Source: Chitinophaga pinensis (GTDB lineage Bacteria; Bacteroidota; Bacteroidia; AKYH767-A; OLB10). Taken from it: a stretch of 64,000 nt of DNA. Position 1 is the stretch's first letter; each line of letters begins with the position of its first letter. The translations under genes were made by a program, and so were the position numbers. Where the stretch lies: positions 79,014 through 143,013 of the forward strand of contig CALQOD010000001.1 of assembly GCA_943332105.1 (NCBI GenBank), in the 5' to 3' direction. Below the pieces are notes generated by a model. It worked only from the letters and a program-made list of their open reading frames with translations. It searched no databases and was not told where the DNA came from. Positions 10,921 through 20,600 of this stretch are shown one piece after another.

Positions 10921-12128
10921 TATACGCCCTCTAATATCATAGCATATCCTTGTCCAACGCCGATACACATTGTTACCATTGCATACTTCTTACACCCTTC
11001 CGCTAATTGATGTGAAGCCGACAAAACAATTCGTGCGCCGCTCATTCCTAATGGATGTCCTAATGCAATAGCACCTCCGTTCGGATTGATTCTTGAATCA
11101 TCATCAGCCAAACCCCAGCTACGGATACATGCCAAACTCTGAGCCGCAAAAGCTTCATTCAATTCAATAATATCCATATCAGACCAAGTAAGGCCAGCAT
11201 TTTTAAGCGCTTTATTTGCTGCTTCAACAGGACCTATTCCCATAACACGAGGCTCAACGCCAGCAATACCAATAGAAACAATTCTACTTAGCGGCTTTAA
11301 ATTATTTTTTTGAAGGCCAATATCAGAAGCCATCAATAATGCTGCAGCACCATCATTCAATCCACTTGCATTTCCTGCAGTAACGGTACCGTCTTTACGA
11401 AAACTTGCTTTTAACTTAGTAAGGCCTTCAATGGAAGTACCAGGCTTTATAAATTCATCTTTTGTAAACAAAACAGCATCACCTTTTTTCTGTGGAATTG
11501 ATACAGCTACAATTTCATTTTCAAATTTACCCGCATTTTGTGCGACTACTGCTTTTTGCTGCGACCATAATGCAAATCGATCTTGATCTTCTCTAGAAAT
11601 AGTATCACGAACTGCCAAATTTTCTGCAGTCTCTCCCATTGCATCAACACCATATAGTTCTTTCATCAATGGATTTACAAATCGCCATCCAAAACTAGAA
11701 TCGAACATTTGAGCATCACGCCCATAAGGAGTAGATGTTTTAGAAATCACCCAAGGGCCACGAGTCATATGCTCTACACCTCCAGCAATCATTAAATCTG
11801 CTTCTCCAAGCATAAGAGAACGACCAGCTGCAGCTACAGCTGAAAGACCTGAAGCACACAAACGATTGATTGTTTCACCTGGAATAGTAAAAGGCAGACC
11901 TGCCAGCAATGAAGCCATTCGAGCTACATTACGATTATCTTCACCAGCCTGATTAGCACAACCCATAATAACATCACCTACTTCTGATAAGTCGATGCCT
12001 TTATTTTTTTCAGCAAGCTTACGCAATACCAAAGCTGCTAAATCATCAGCACGAACAGAAGCTAATGCACCTCCGAAATTTCCAATTGGTGTTCTAACAC
12101 CATTAACGATGTATGCGTTTTTGATCAT
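10920..12128 (-). CDS. paaJ: 3-oxoadipyl-CoA / beta-ketoadipyl-CoA thiolase (acetyl-CoA C-acyltransferase), PaaJ-type
   Basis: Thiolase active-site Cys motifs (NRLCASGLSAV near the N-terminus, CIGVGQG near the C-terminus). Probable start MIKNAYIVNGVRTP. It is the terminal gene of the paa operon. Confidence 0.85.
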   Translation of the reverse strand: MIKNAYIVNGVRTPIGNFGGALASVRADDLAALVLRKLAEKNKGIDLSEVGDVIMGCANQAGEDNRNVARMASLLAGLPFTIPGETINRLCASGLSAVAAAGRSLMLGEADLMIAGGVEHMTRGPWVISKTSTPYGRDAQMFDSSFGWRFVNPLMKELYGVDAMGETAENLAVRDTISREDQDRFALWSQQKAVVAQNAGKFENEIVAVSIPQKKGDAVLFTKDEFIKPGTSIEGLTKLKASFRKDGTVTAGNASGLNDGAAALLMASDIGLQKNNLKPLSRIVSIGIAGVEPRVMGIGPVEAANKALKNAGLTWSDMDIIELNEAFAAQSLACIRSWGLADDDSRINPNGGAIALGHPLGMSGARIVLSASHQLAEGCKKYAMVTMCIGVGQGYAMILEGV

Positions 12129-12129
12129 A

Positions 12130-12561
12130 TTATTTTTCTTCTGGGAACCATTCTTTAGATGTTCTGTAAACAATACCTTTAAAGAGTGCAACAATTTGAT
12201 CTTGTTGATTTGTTACAGTAATAGAATAAATTCCTATTTTATTAGTCAAACTTTTTTCCTCTGAAACAGCATAAACAATATCATTCTCCTTTAATGATAT
12301 TGTATGCGAAATAGATGTTTCTACAGAAACACTTTGTCGCCCATGTGAATTGGAAGCAAAAGCCAAGGCGCTATCAGCAAGTGAAAATGCAATTCCTCCA
12401 TGCGCAATCCCAAATCCGTTTAGCATTTCTTTGCGAATTTGCATTTTCAATTTACAATAACCTGACTTCACTTCTATCACATCAATACCTAACCATTGAC
12501 TAAACCAGTCATGGTCATACATTCTTGATATAATTTTATTAGCCAGATTATCTTCCATCAA
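12130..12561 (-). CDS. paaI: Hydroxyphenylacetyl-CoA thioesterase PaaI (hotdog fold)
   Basis: 143 aa with the hotdog-fold motif NGFGIAHGGIAFSLADSALAFA. Position within the paa operon. Confidence 0.8.
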   Translation of the reverse strand: MMEDNLANKIISRMYDHDWFSQWLGIDVIEVKSGYCKLKMQIRKEMLNGFGIAHGGIAFSLADSALAFASNSHGRQSVSVETSISHTISLKENDIVYAVSEEKSLTNKIGIYSITVTNQQDQIVALFKGIVYRTSKEWFPEEK

Positions 12562-12566
12562 TAATT

Positions 12567-13739
12567 TTAATTAAAAAAAGATTTATTATCCCGAACCATC
12601 TGTCTTAATAAAACAGAAGCTCGATAACGATCATCGTGATACTCTACATAATACGAATCAAGTAAAGAAAGTACTTTTTCAACTCCAATTTCATCAGCCC
12701 ACTTTAAAAGACCCTTAGGATAATTAACTCCTTTAGTCATTGATAAATCAATGTCCTCTGCACTCGCAATTTGAAAATACAAAGCATCAGCTGCTTCATT
12801 AATCAGCATCGATAAAATTCGAATTACAATCTCACTTGCTAAATCTTCGTCTTGCATTGGATCTTGCTTCACCGCATTCTCGCTGTAATCATAATAACCA
12901 TGTCCTGTTTTTCTTCCTAGTCTTCCCGACTCTACCATTTTCTTTTGTATGAGTGAAGGTCGAAAGCGAGGATCAAAATAGAATTGCTTCCATACAGTTT
13001 CTGTAACAGTATAATTAATGTCATTCCCTATTAAATCCATTAATTCAAATGGTCCCATTTTAAAACCACCTTTCTCTTTCATAGCTGCATCAACAGTAGC
13101 CATATCAGCAATTCCTTCTTCAACAATTTTTAATGCTTCCCCATAATAAGGACGTGCTACGCGGTTAACAATAAAGCCCGGTGTATCTTTAGTTATCACA
13201 GGAACTTTTCCCCAGCTATGCATTAGCATTTTACATTCCTGATCAAGTCCTTCTTTAGTTTGCAACGCAGGTATCACTTCTACCAAAGGCATTAACGGTG
13301 CGGGATTAAAAAAATGGAGACCGATTACTCTTTCAGGTTTGACACAAGCAGCTGCAACAGATGTAACAGAAAGAGAGGAAGTATTGGTTGCTAGAATACA
13401 ATCTGCACTTACCACTTTTTCTAATGCACTAAAAATTTCTTTTTTAACTTCTAAGATTTCAACAACCGCTTCAATTATCAAAGCGCAATCAGCGAAGCTG
13501 TTTAATGAATCGATAACTGTTACTCTGCTAACTAAATTAGCAACCTCTTCAGCAGACATCTTTCCTTTCTCCACTAACTTTGATAAAGAGACTTCCATTT
13601 TCTTCACAGCACTTGATGCAAAACCTTCCTTGGTATCAAAAATTACTACGGCATGACCTGCAGCAGCTGCAACCTGTGCAATTCCATTCCCCATGGCACC
13701 TGCACCAATAACTCCTATTATGGATTTTTCTGATAACAT
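12567..13739 (-). CDS. paaH: 3-hydroxyacyl-CoA (3-hydroxyadipyl-CoA) dehydrogenase PaaH
   Basis: NAD-binding motif IGVIGAGAMGNGIAQV and a C-terminal 3HCDH domain. Start taken at MLSEKS. Confidence 0.8.
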   Translation of the reverse strand: MLSEKSIIGVIGAGAMGNGIAQVAAAAGHAVVIFDTKEGFASSAVKKMEVSLSKLVEKGKMSAEEVANLVSRVTVIDSLNSFADCALIIEAVVEILEVKKEIFSALEKVVSADCILATNTSSLSVTSVAAACVKPERVIGLHFFNPAPLMPLVEVIPALQTKEGLDQECKMLMHSWGKVPVITKDTPGFIVNRVARPYYGEALKIVEEGIADMATVDAAMKEKGGFKMGPFELMDLIGNDINYTVTETVWKQFYFDPRFRPSLIQKKMVESGRLGRKTGHGYYDYSENAVKQDPMQDEDLASEIVIRILSMLINEAADALYFQIASAEDIDLSMTKGVNYPKGLLKWADEIGVEKVLSLLDSYYVEYHDDRYRASVLLRQMVRDNKSFFN

Positions 13740-13740
13740 T

Positions 13741-14517
13741 TTATTCTCCTTTAAATATCGGTGCTCTTTTTTCAAGAAAAGCATTTACCCCTTCTTTGTG
13801 GTCATACGTTTGCCCTGCTTGAGCCTGATAAACTTCTTCTAATTTCAACTGCTGATTTAAATCGGACATCACTGATTTATTCAATAACATTTTCGTTAAT
13901 GCGATACCTTTAGTAGGCATATTTGCTAATTGAATCACTATTTTATCTGCTTCGCTTTTTAATGCTGCGTCATCAAAACATTTATAAATCATTCCCATTT
14001 TTGCAGCATCTATTCCGTTCACTTTATCACCTAACATCATTAATGCTGTAGCTCGTTGCCAGCCAATTAATCGTGGTAAAAAGTAAGTACCACCGCTATC
14101 AGGTATTAAGCCTATTTTACTAAATGCCTGAATAAATGATGCGGACTCACCTGCAACAACAATATCGCAAGCTAAAGCAATATTAGCTCCTGCACCTGCT
14201 GCCACTCCTTGCACCACTGCAACTACAGGCTTTTGAGCTTCACGAATTTTTATAATAATTGGATTATAATGTTCATCAACAATTTTTTGAATCCCAGGAC
14301 CATCGGGAGCAATCGCTTCTGCTAAATCCTGTCCAGCACAAAAAGCTTTACCATCTGCCTCAATGCAAATGCAACGCACTAATGAATCGCCAGAAAACTG
14401 ATCCAAGGCTGCTTGCATCTGCAAGGCCATATCACGATTAAAACTATTAAATTTTTCAGGCCGATTAAGTTTAATGCGACCAACCCCATTTTCTATAGAA
14501 GTAATAATTAATGTCAT
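13741..14517 (-). CDS. paaG: Enoyl-CoA hydratase/isomerase PaaG
   Basis: Crotonase-fold motifs (CAGQDL, AVVQGVAAGAGANIALACD), 258 aa. Confidence 0.8.
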   Translation of the reverse strand: MTLIITSIENGVGRIKLNRPEKFNSFNRDMALQMQAALDQFSGDSLVRCICIEADGKAFCAGQDLAEAIAPDGPGIQKIVDEHYNPIIIKIREAQKPVVAVVQGVAAGAGANIALACDIVVAGESASFIQAFSKIGLIPDSGGTYFLPRLIGWQRATALMMLGDKVNGIDAAKMGMIYKCFDDAALKSEADKIVIQLANMPTKGIALTKMLLNKSVMSDLNQQLKLEEVYQAQAGQTYDHKEGVNAFLEKRAPIFKGE

Positions 14518-14583
14518 CGTTTAAAATATTACTACAAAGAAAACTAAAAAACGCTTTCCTTATATAGAATTATCAAGTATGTA

Positions 14584-15078
14584 TTAGTGACATTTGAACT
14601 GTTCAAACGGCTGACAACATGAATTACAAAAATGTAGTGCTTTACATGCAGTTGAGCCAAAGCGACTTGTTAGAATAGTATCGAAAGAACGACAAAAGGG
14701 GCATTCAACAGGTCCTTTATCATTATTAGCAAAAGGGTGTAAATTCTCAAAAGACACTTTTTCGGGTGGAGCAATGCCATAAACTCTGAGTTTTTCCATG
14801 GTTTCGTCGGACATCCAGTCAGTTGTCCACGCTGGCTTATAAATAGTTCGAATTTTGGGGGTCATTCCAGCCAATAATAATTTAGCACGGACCTGATCCT
14901 CCATATTCTTTAAGGCTGGACAACCCGAGTAGGTGGGCGTTATATCAACTTCAACAACATTATCAGAAATGCGGACATCGCGGACTACTCCAAGCTCCAC
15001 AATACTTATTGCAGGTACTTCAGGATCCGGAATCGTATTTAACAAATCCCAAATTTCACCAACATCCAATTTTACCAT
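14584..15078 (-). CDS. paaD: 1,2-phenylacetyl-CoA epoxidase subunit PaaD
   Basis: DUF59/FeS-assembly-like N-terminus (IPDPEVPAISIVELGVV) plus a C-terminal Cys cluster (CPFC...CNSCC), typical of PaaD. Confidence 0.8.
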   Translation of the reverse strand: MVKLDVGEIWDLLNTIPDPEVPAISIVELGVVRDVRISDNVVEVDITPTYSGCPALKNMEDQVRAKLLLAGMTPKIRTIYKPAWTTDWMSDETMEKLRVYGIAPPEKVSFENLHPFANNDKGPVECPFCRSFDTILTSRFGSTACKALHFCNSCCQPFEQFKCH

Positions 15079-15842
15079 ATCGCATCTGGATACATCCTAG
15101 GTAAATATTGCATTTCTGCTAATAAAAAGCCTAAATGTTCGGAATGAACACCATTAATACCACCTGAATGAAAATAGATTTTATCTGAGGGAATTATCAA
15201 AGTAGCTTTAGTGATTATTTCATTCACCATTGCATCCCATTCTACTTTTAATTCTTTTTTATTAAAGGCAGCACCATTTTGAATTAATAATTCATCAACT
15301 TCATTTTGCTCAAACAATTCGTTTGTAAAAGGCCATAGCTCATTTAATGATTTTTGAATTCGTTGATGACTTTCTTCTGTTCCATCACCAAGACGAACAA
15401 CCCAATCGCCAGCATGACGTACATGATAAGTCACTTCCTTAATTGACTTTGCGGCTAGCCCTGAAATAGTTTCATCTCTACTCTTCATTAAATCACGAAA
15501 AAATAAATAATCGAAACATCCATTTAAAAATAGCTTCATCATTGTAAAGCCAAAATCTTTTAAATCAGGCTGCTCGACCATTAATCGATTGCGAAAATCT
15601 CTTTCTCCTCTATGAAATGCATAAAAATCCTCAGACTTGCCATTACCTTCTAACTGTGATGCATAAGTATAAAACCCCCGAGCCTGACCAAGCAAATCCA
15701 ATGATACATTACTCATTGCAATATCTTCTTCTAAAATTGGCCCGTGCCCTGTCCAATCTGCGATTCGTTGAGCATGAATCAATGAATTATCTGCTATTCG
15801 AAGACAATATTCTATCAAGGCTATATTTAATTCAGTCATCAT
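15072..15842 (-). CDS. paaC: 1,2-phenylacetyl-CoA epoxidase subunit PaaC
   Basis: 256-aa ferritin-like protein in the conserved position between paaB and paaD. The 7-nt overlap with paaD suggests translational coupling. Confidence 0.75.
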   Translation of the reverse strand: MMTELNIALIEYCLRIADNSLIHAQRIADWTGHGPILEEDIAMSNVSLDLLGQARGFYTYASQLEGNGKSEDFYAFHRGERDFRNRLMVEQPDLKDFGFTMMKLFLNGCFDYLFFRDLMKSRDETISGLAAKSIKEVTYHVRHAGDWVVRLGDGTEESHQRIQKSLNELWPFTNELFEQNEVDELLIQNGAAFNKKELKVEWDAMVNEIITKATLIIPSDKIYFHSGGINGVHSEHLGFLLAEMQYLPRMYPDAIW

Positions 15843-16129
15843 ATGGTTTTTAATCCGTCAGCTGTTTTAAAAAAATTAGGCGATCTATACATTTTATCGT
15901 TTGCAGGGTCGAAGAACGCACCCACATCTTCTGGTGTTGATGCGATAATTGCATTGGTAGGTACAACCCAAATATTAACTCCTTCTTGTCGTCTGCCATA
16001 TACATCACGTGCATTTAAAAGTGCCATTTCGGCATCTGGAGCATGAACACTTCCAGCATGTTCATGGGCAGCACCTTGTTTTTTTTGTGTAAAAACTTCC
16101 CATGTAGGCCATTGATGATTTGAATTCAT
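15839..16129 (-). CDS. paaB: 1,2-phenylacetyl-CoA epoxidase subunit PaaB
   Basis: 96 aa, with PaaB-like length and the motif WEVFTQKKQGAAHEHAGSVHA. Its start overlaps the paaC stop. Confidence 0.8.
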   Translation of the reverse strand: MNSNHQWPTWEVFTQKKQGAAHEHAGSVHAPDAEMALLNARDVYGRRQEGVNIWVVPTNAIIASTPEDVGAFFDPANDKMYRSPNFFKTADGLKTI

Positions 16130-16149
16130 AATAATCTATCTTAATACTA

Positions 16150-17100
16150 TTAATTAGCTTTTCTTTTTTCTGAGTATGCTTTGGCTGCTTCACGAACCCA
16201 TTGACCGTTCGAATGGGCATCATTACGCTGCTTTAATCGCAACTTATTACAAGGACCATTTCCATTAATTACCTGAAAAAACTCCTCCCAATTTATTTCT
16301 CCAAAATCATAGTGACGCGATTCTTCATTCCATTTCAATTTATCATCAGGAACTTTCAATCCAATTGCCTCCGCTTGCTCAACTGTTCTATCAATAAATC
16401 GTTGGCGCAAGTCGTCATTAGTGTATAATTTAACTTTCCACTTTAACAAATCAGCGCTATTTGGAGAATCCTTATCAGATGGACCAAACATCATTAAAGA
16501 AGGCCACCACCAGCGGTTCATAGCATCCTGGGCCATTTCCTTTTGTTCTTTAGTGCCTCTCATAAGAAAAGCTAAAATTTGATAACCCTGTTTATTATGA
16601 AAATTCTCTTCTCTGCAAATTCGCAACATCGCGCGCGAATATGGCCCATATGAACATTTAGCAAGAACCGTTTGATTAACAATTGCGGCCCCATCCACTA
16701 GCCAACCAATTGCACCGATATCTGCCCATGTTAAAGTTGGATAATTAAAAATGGAGGAATATTTTGCCTTACCGGACAATAATTGATCAACCATTTCGGA
16801 ACGATCCATACCTAAAGTTTCCGCTGCACTGTAAATATAAAGTCCATGGCCTGCTTCATCCTGGACCTTTGCAATAAGAATTGCCTTTCGTGCTAATGAA
16901 GGGGCTCTGGTTATCCAATTACCTTCAGGCAACATTCCAACAACTTCAGAATGAGCATGTTGAGACATCATTCTCAACAATTGCTTACGATACTTTTCAG
17001 GCATCCAATCTTTAGGTTCAATGACTTTACCATCTTTAATACTATTATTAAAGGCCGTTTCTTTTGCGGATAAATCATCCGTTTTTACTTTTACATCCAT
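16150..17100 (-). CDS. paaA: 1,2-phenylacetyl-CoA epoxidase catalytic subunit PaaA
   Basis: Di-iron carboxylate motifs ([16 protein letters not shown]). Probable start MDVKVKTDD at complement 17100. Confidence 0.8.
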   Translation of the reverse strand: MDVKVKTDDLSAKETAFNNSIKDGKVIEPKDWMPEKYRKQLLRMMSQHAHSEVVGMLPEGNWITRAPSLARKAILIAKVQDEAGHGLYIYSAAETLGMDRSEMVDQLLSGKAKYSSIFNYPTLTWADIGAIGWLVDGAAIVNQTVLAKCSYGPYSRAMLRICREENFHNKQGYQILAFLMRGTKEQKEMAQDAMNRWWWPSLMMFGPSDKDSPNSADLLKWKVKLYTNDDLRQRFIDRTVEQAEAIGLKVPDDKLKWNEESRHYDFGEINWEEFFQVINGNGPCNKLRLKQRNDAHSNGQWVREAAKAYSEKRKAN

Positions 17101-17210
17101 AAAACCAAGGTGTGATATTAACTTTGCTAAAATAAGCGATACGAGCATTCTACACAAATGACATTACTCACAAGATAATAACATATTATTCAATTAAATG
17201 TTTAGCCGAT

Positions 17211-17234
17211 GATGTTAAGATTTTGCGTAACATC
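17211..17234. promoter_or_regulatory. 7-bp inverted repeat GATGTTA-N10-TAACATC in the divergent paaA / wza intergenic region (candidate operator)
   Basis: Perfect palindrome arms, visible in the sequence, lying between the paaA start (17100) and the wza start (17299). Confidence 0.3.
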
Positions 17235-17298
17235 GCAGAGAAATTAAAGTATCAATATGATCCCAAAAGATGATGCATATCAAACTAACACACAACTT

Positions 17299-18081
17299 AT
17301 GAAGAAGGTCACCATATCATTCCTAGCTGTTACATTAATTATGATTTTAGGGTCATGCAGAAATGTTAAAGAAGTTACTTATTTCCAAGAATCGAAAGAC
17401 ACTGCTGTTTTAAGTAAGCAAAAATTTATCGAAGAGCATTTTGTATCTATCATACAGAACTACGACATTCTATCTGTTTATGTAAGTAGTTTAAGTCCTG
17501 AAGCTACATCCTTTTTTAATGTATTTAGCAAATCGGAAGGCCCTACTGTAGGTGACAGTTATTCGACAAGACCAAATGTCGGATATTTGGTTGATGCAGA
17601 TGGCAACATAGATATGCCCTTAATTGGTAAAATAAAAGTAGCTGGACTTAGCACCTCTCAAGCAAAAGACCTTATCCAAAAACAACTTGAAAAATACCTA
17701 CAGCAACCAAGTATCAGATTATACTTTGAGAACTTCAAAGTGACATTACTTGGAGAAGTAGCACATCCAGGAGTTTATACTGTTACAAATGAAAAATTAA
17801 CATTACCAGAAGCAATTGGATTGGCTGGTGACCTTTCTATCTATGGTAATCGTAAAGAAATAATGTTAATTCGCGAAGTGAAAGGTGAAAAAATTTACAT
17901 ACCAATTGATTTGACAAGAAGAGATGTGTTTTACTCACCATATTATTATTTGCATTCAAACGACATATTATATGTACCTCCTGTAAAAGACAAAGTCTCG
18001 CAATCAGACAACTTCTACAAAATAGCTCCTATGTTAATTAGCTTAGGAACGTTATGCGCATTTGTGTTAATAAGGAACTAA
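17299..18081 (+). CDS. wza: Polysaccharide export outer-membrane protein (Wza-like, SLBB domain)
   Basis: Lipoprotein signal VTLIMILGSC, a PES/Poly_export motif (DILSVYV) and SLBB-like segments. It is the first gene of the polysaccharide operon. Confidence 0.75.
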   Translation: MKKVTISFLAVTLIMILGSCRNVKEVTYFQESKDTAVLSKQKFIEEHFVSIIQNYDILSVYVSSLSPEATSFFNVFSKSEGPTVGDSYSTRPNVGYLVDADGNIDMPLIGKIKVAGLSTSQAKDLIQKQLEKYLQQPSIRLYFENFKVTLLGEVAHPGVYTVTNEKLTLPEAIGLAGDLSIYGNRKEIMLIREVKGEKIYIPIDLTRRDVFYSPYYYLHSNDILYVPPVKDKVSQSDNFYKIAPMLISLGTLCAFVLIRN

Positions 18082-18103
18082 CACTTTATCTATCAAATTT
18101 AAT

Positions 18104-20584
18104 ATGAATATGAATCAAGAAAATCAAAACGGATACGACTACAAAGTAAACAACCCAAATAACGACCAGAAAAACGAAAGCGAAAACACAATTAACTTAT
18201 CAAATATATTTAATAAATATTTTCTTCGTTATTGGTATTTATACATTTACACATTAAGCATCTCATTAGTAACTGCCTATTTTTACAATTGGTATGCAGA
18301 CAGAGTTTACTTTTCAAGCTGTACTGTATTAATAAAGGATGAAAAAAAGAATATAAATAGTAACGATTTATTTACTCAAATAGGCGCATTTAATAACGAA
18401 GGTGGTATCGAAAATGAAATTGGAATTATTCGATCTAGAATGTTAATCTCTAAAACAATTGAAGATTTGCAACTTTATAAAAGTTATTATCTTATCGGAG
18501 ACGTAAAAACAACAGAAGTATTTGCAAATAAACCATTCGATTTAAAGGAAGACACGCTCTATAATCTTGCTTATACTACTTCAATAAAGCTAGAAATAGT
18601 AAATAGTAATAAATACAAGCTTTCATATAACAAAGGAAATACTGAACATGTAGGTTATTATTTATTTAATCGTAAAATAAGTAATGATTTAGGTATATTT
18701 TCAGTTGAAAAAACAAATGATTTTAACAGGCAGCCATACGATTCAAAAGAGTTTTCTAAGCGAAAATTTATTGTCAAGCTAGCGGACAAAAGTATGCTAT
18801 GTGATATTTATCAAAGTGCGCTGAAAGCGGAACCTATAAGCAAAATGTCATCTATGCTTCAAATTTCGATTCAAGGCGCTACACCTTCAAAAAACGAAGC
18901 CTTTTTAAATAGACTTTGTGAGTTATATGTGAAAAAAGGAATTGAGTTTAAAAATGAATATGCAGTTAATACACTTTCATTTATTGAACAGCAATTAGGT
19001 GCTTTAACCGGCGAAATAAACGAAAATGAAGTAAACGTTGAGAAATTCAGAGTTAACAGAGGAATTACAGATTTATCAATTGAAGCAAATGCCTATTTAG
19101 AAAGTGTAAAAAATTTCAATGGAGAAATTTCTCAATTAGCAGTACAATCTAGCTTTTTAGATTATTTAGAAGTTTATGTAAAAAATGACAATAAAAACTT
19201 AACTGGAAATATTTCTCCAGGTAGTATTTTAGTTAGCGATCCATTATTACAAAGCTTAGTACTTAAACTTAATGAACTTGAAAATAAAAAGAAATCACAA
19301 TCAAATTTATCAAAAGAAGACAACCCTTTAATGGTAAGTTTGAATACGGAAATTGCAAATACAAAAGCGTCATTATCAGAAAATATTAAATCATTAAAAA
19401 ATGGAATTGGTGCTTCTTTGGATGAAGCAAAATTGCAAAGAGGCAGTGTAGAATCTAAACTCAGAAGACTACCTGGCGCACAGCGCGAGTTACAAGGCAT
19501 GTTAAGAGGTTCGAATATTAAAGAACAGCTATACTCCTATTTATTGCAAAAGAAGGCTGAAACAGCAATTTTACTAGCATCAACTACTGCAGATAATCGT
19601 ATAATAGACATATCAAGAACTTTTGTGAAACCGCTTAAACCTATTCAAAGTTTAAGTTACTCCATTGCCATTATTTTGGGATTAATACTACCAGCATTAA
19701 TAATTTACATCCGCACAGCATTCAATGATCGTATTATTGATAGAAACGACTTAGAATCCAGAACCAATATTCCTATTATTGGCATGATTGGATTAAGTGC
19801 ATCAAAATCAAGCTTAGTAGTAACGGAGAAACCCAACTCACATATTTCAGAAGCTTTCAGAACGATTCGTACTAATCTTCAATATTTTAATCAAGGAAAT
19901 CCAAAGTCAACAATTCTTGTAACATCATCTATTTCATCAGAAGGGAAAAGTTTTACTTCCGTAAATCTTGCCTGCATGTTGGCATTGTCTGGCAGAAAAA
20001 CAATTCTGGTTGGTTGCGATTTGCGTAAGCCGAAAATTACAAGTGGATTTGACTTTGTCAGTGAAATTGGTTTAAGTAATTACCTAATTGGATTAAATAA
20101 TGAAAAAGAAATTATTCAAAATTCAGGAACTATTCCTAATCTAGATATTATCTTATCAGGTCCAAAACCTCCAAACCCTTCTGAGTTGATTATATCACCA
20201 AAGATGGATGAACTTTTTACTTATTTAAAAGCCAATTACGATCACATTATTTTAGATACACCTCCTGTGGGTCTAATTACGGACGCAATAGTATTATCTA
20301 AACATGTTGACATAAATATCTATTTAGTACGTCAACGAGTTACCCGCAAGCATCACATGAATTTTATCAATAAACTACATAATGAAGGGAAATTGAAAAA
20401 TGTTTGTATCGTATTTAACGCAATCAAAGCATCGAATAGAAGTTATGGTTATGGATACGAATATGGTTATGGTTATGGCTATGGATATGGCTATGGATAT
20501 GGCTACTATGAGGAAGATAAAAATAAAAAGAGTTTTAAATCAACTTTTAAAAAACTATTTAAACGAAAGAGTTCGGAAGCCTAA
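18104..20584 (+). CDS. wzc: Polysaccharide co-polymerase / BY-tyrosine kinase (Wzc-like) with C-terminal (YG)n tyrosine cluster
   Basis: Wzz-like N-terminus with two TM segments, a central coiled coil and Walker A (SSISSEGKSFTSVNLA). The C-terminus is YGYGYEYGYGYGYGYGYGYGYY. Confidence 0.85.
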   Translation: MNMNQENQNGYDYKVNNPNNDQKNESENTINLSNIFNKYFLRYWYLYIYTLSISLVTAYFYNWYADRVYFSSCTVLIKDEKKNINSNDLFTQIGAFNNEGGIENEIGIIRSRMLISKTIEDLQLYKSYYLIGDVKTTEVFANKPFDLKEDTLYNLAYTTSIKLEIVNSNKYKLSYNKGNTEHVGYYLFNRKISNDLGIFSVEKTNDFNRQPYDSKEFSKRKFIVKLADKSMLCDIYQSALKAEPISKMSSMLQISIQGATPSKNEAFLNRLCELYVKKGIEFKNEYAVNTLSFIEQQLGALTGEINENEVNVEKFRVNRGITDLSIEANAYLESVKNFNGEISQLAVQSSFLDYLEVYVKNDNKNLTGNISPGSILVSDPLLQSLVLKLNELENKKKSQSNLSKEDNPLMVSLNTEIANTKASLSENIKSLKNGIGASLDEAKLQRGSVESKLRRLPGAQRELQGMLRGSNIKEQLYSYLLQKKAETAILLASTTADNRIIDISRTFVKPLKPIQSLSYSIAIILGLILPALIIYIRTAFNDRIIDRNDLESRTNIPIIGMIGLSASKSSLVVTEKPNSHISEAFRTIRTNLQYFNQGNPKSTILVTSSISSEGKSFTSVNLACMLALSGRKTILVGCDLRKPKITSGFDFVSEIGLSNYLIGLNNEKEIIQNSGTIPNLDIILSGPKPPNPSELIISPKMDELFTYLKANYDHIILDTPPVGLITDAIVLSKHVDINIYLVRQRVTRKHHMNFINKLHNEGKLKNVCIVFNAIKASNRSYGYGYEYGYGYGYGYGYGYGYYEEDKNKKSFKSTFKKLFKRKSSEA
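20443..20509 (+). repeat. In-frame hexanucleotide (TATGGN)n microsatellite encoding the (YG)11 tail of Wzc
   Basis: The motif tatggttatggatacgaatatggttatggttatggctatggatatggctatggatatggctactat is directly visible in the sequence. Confidence 0.9.
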
Positions 20585-20600
20585 CTTCAATAAGTAGAGA

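Noticed and set aside
19501-19515. A GGTTCGAAT string resembling a tRNA T-loop.
   Set aside because: It lies inside the wzc coding frame, is not followed by CC, and has no acceptor or anticodon stem partners. It is not a tRNA.
20400-20597. A 65-aa ORF reading MVMDTNMVMVMAMDMAMDMA.
   Set aside because: It is an alternative-frame artefact of the (TATGGN)n repeat that encodes the Wzc YG tail.
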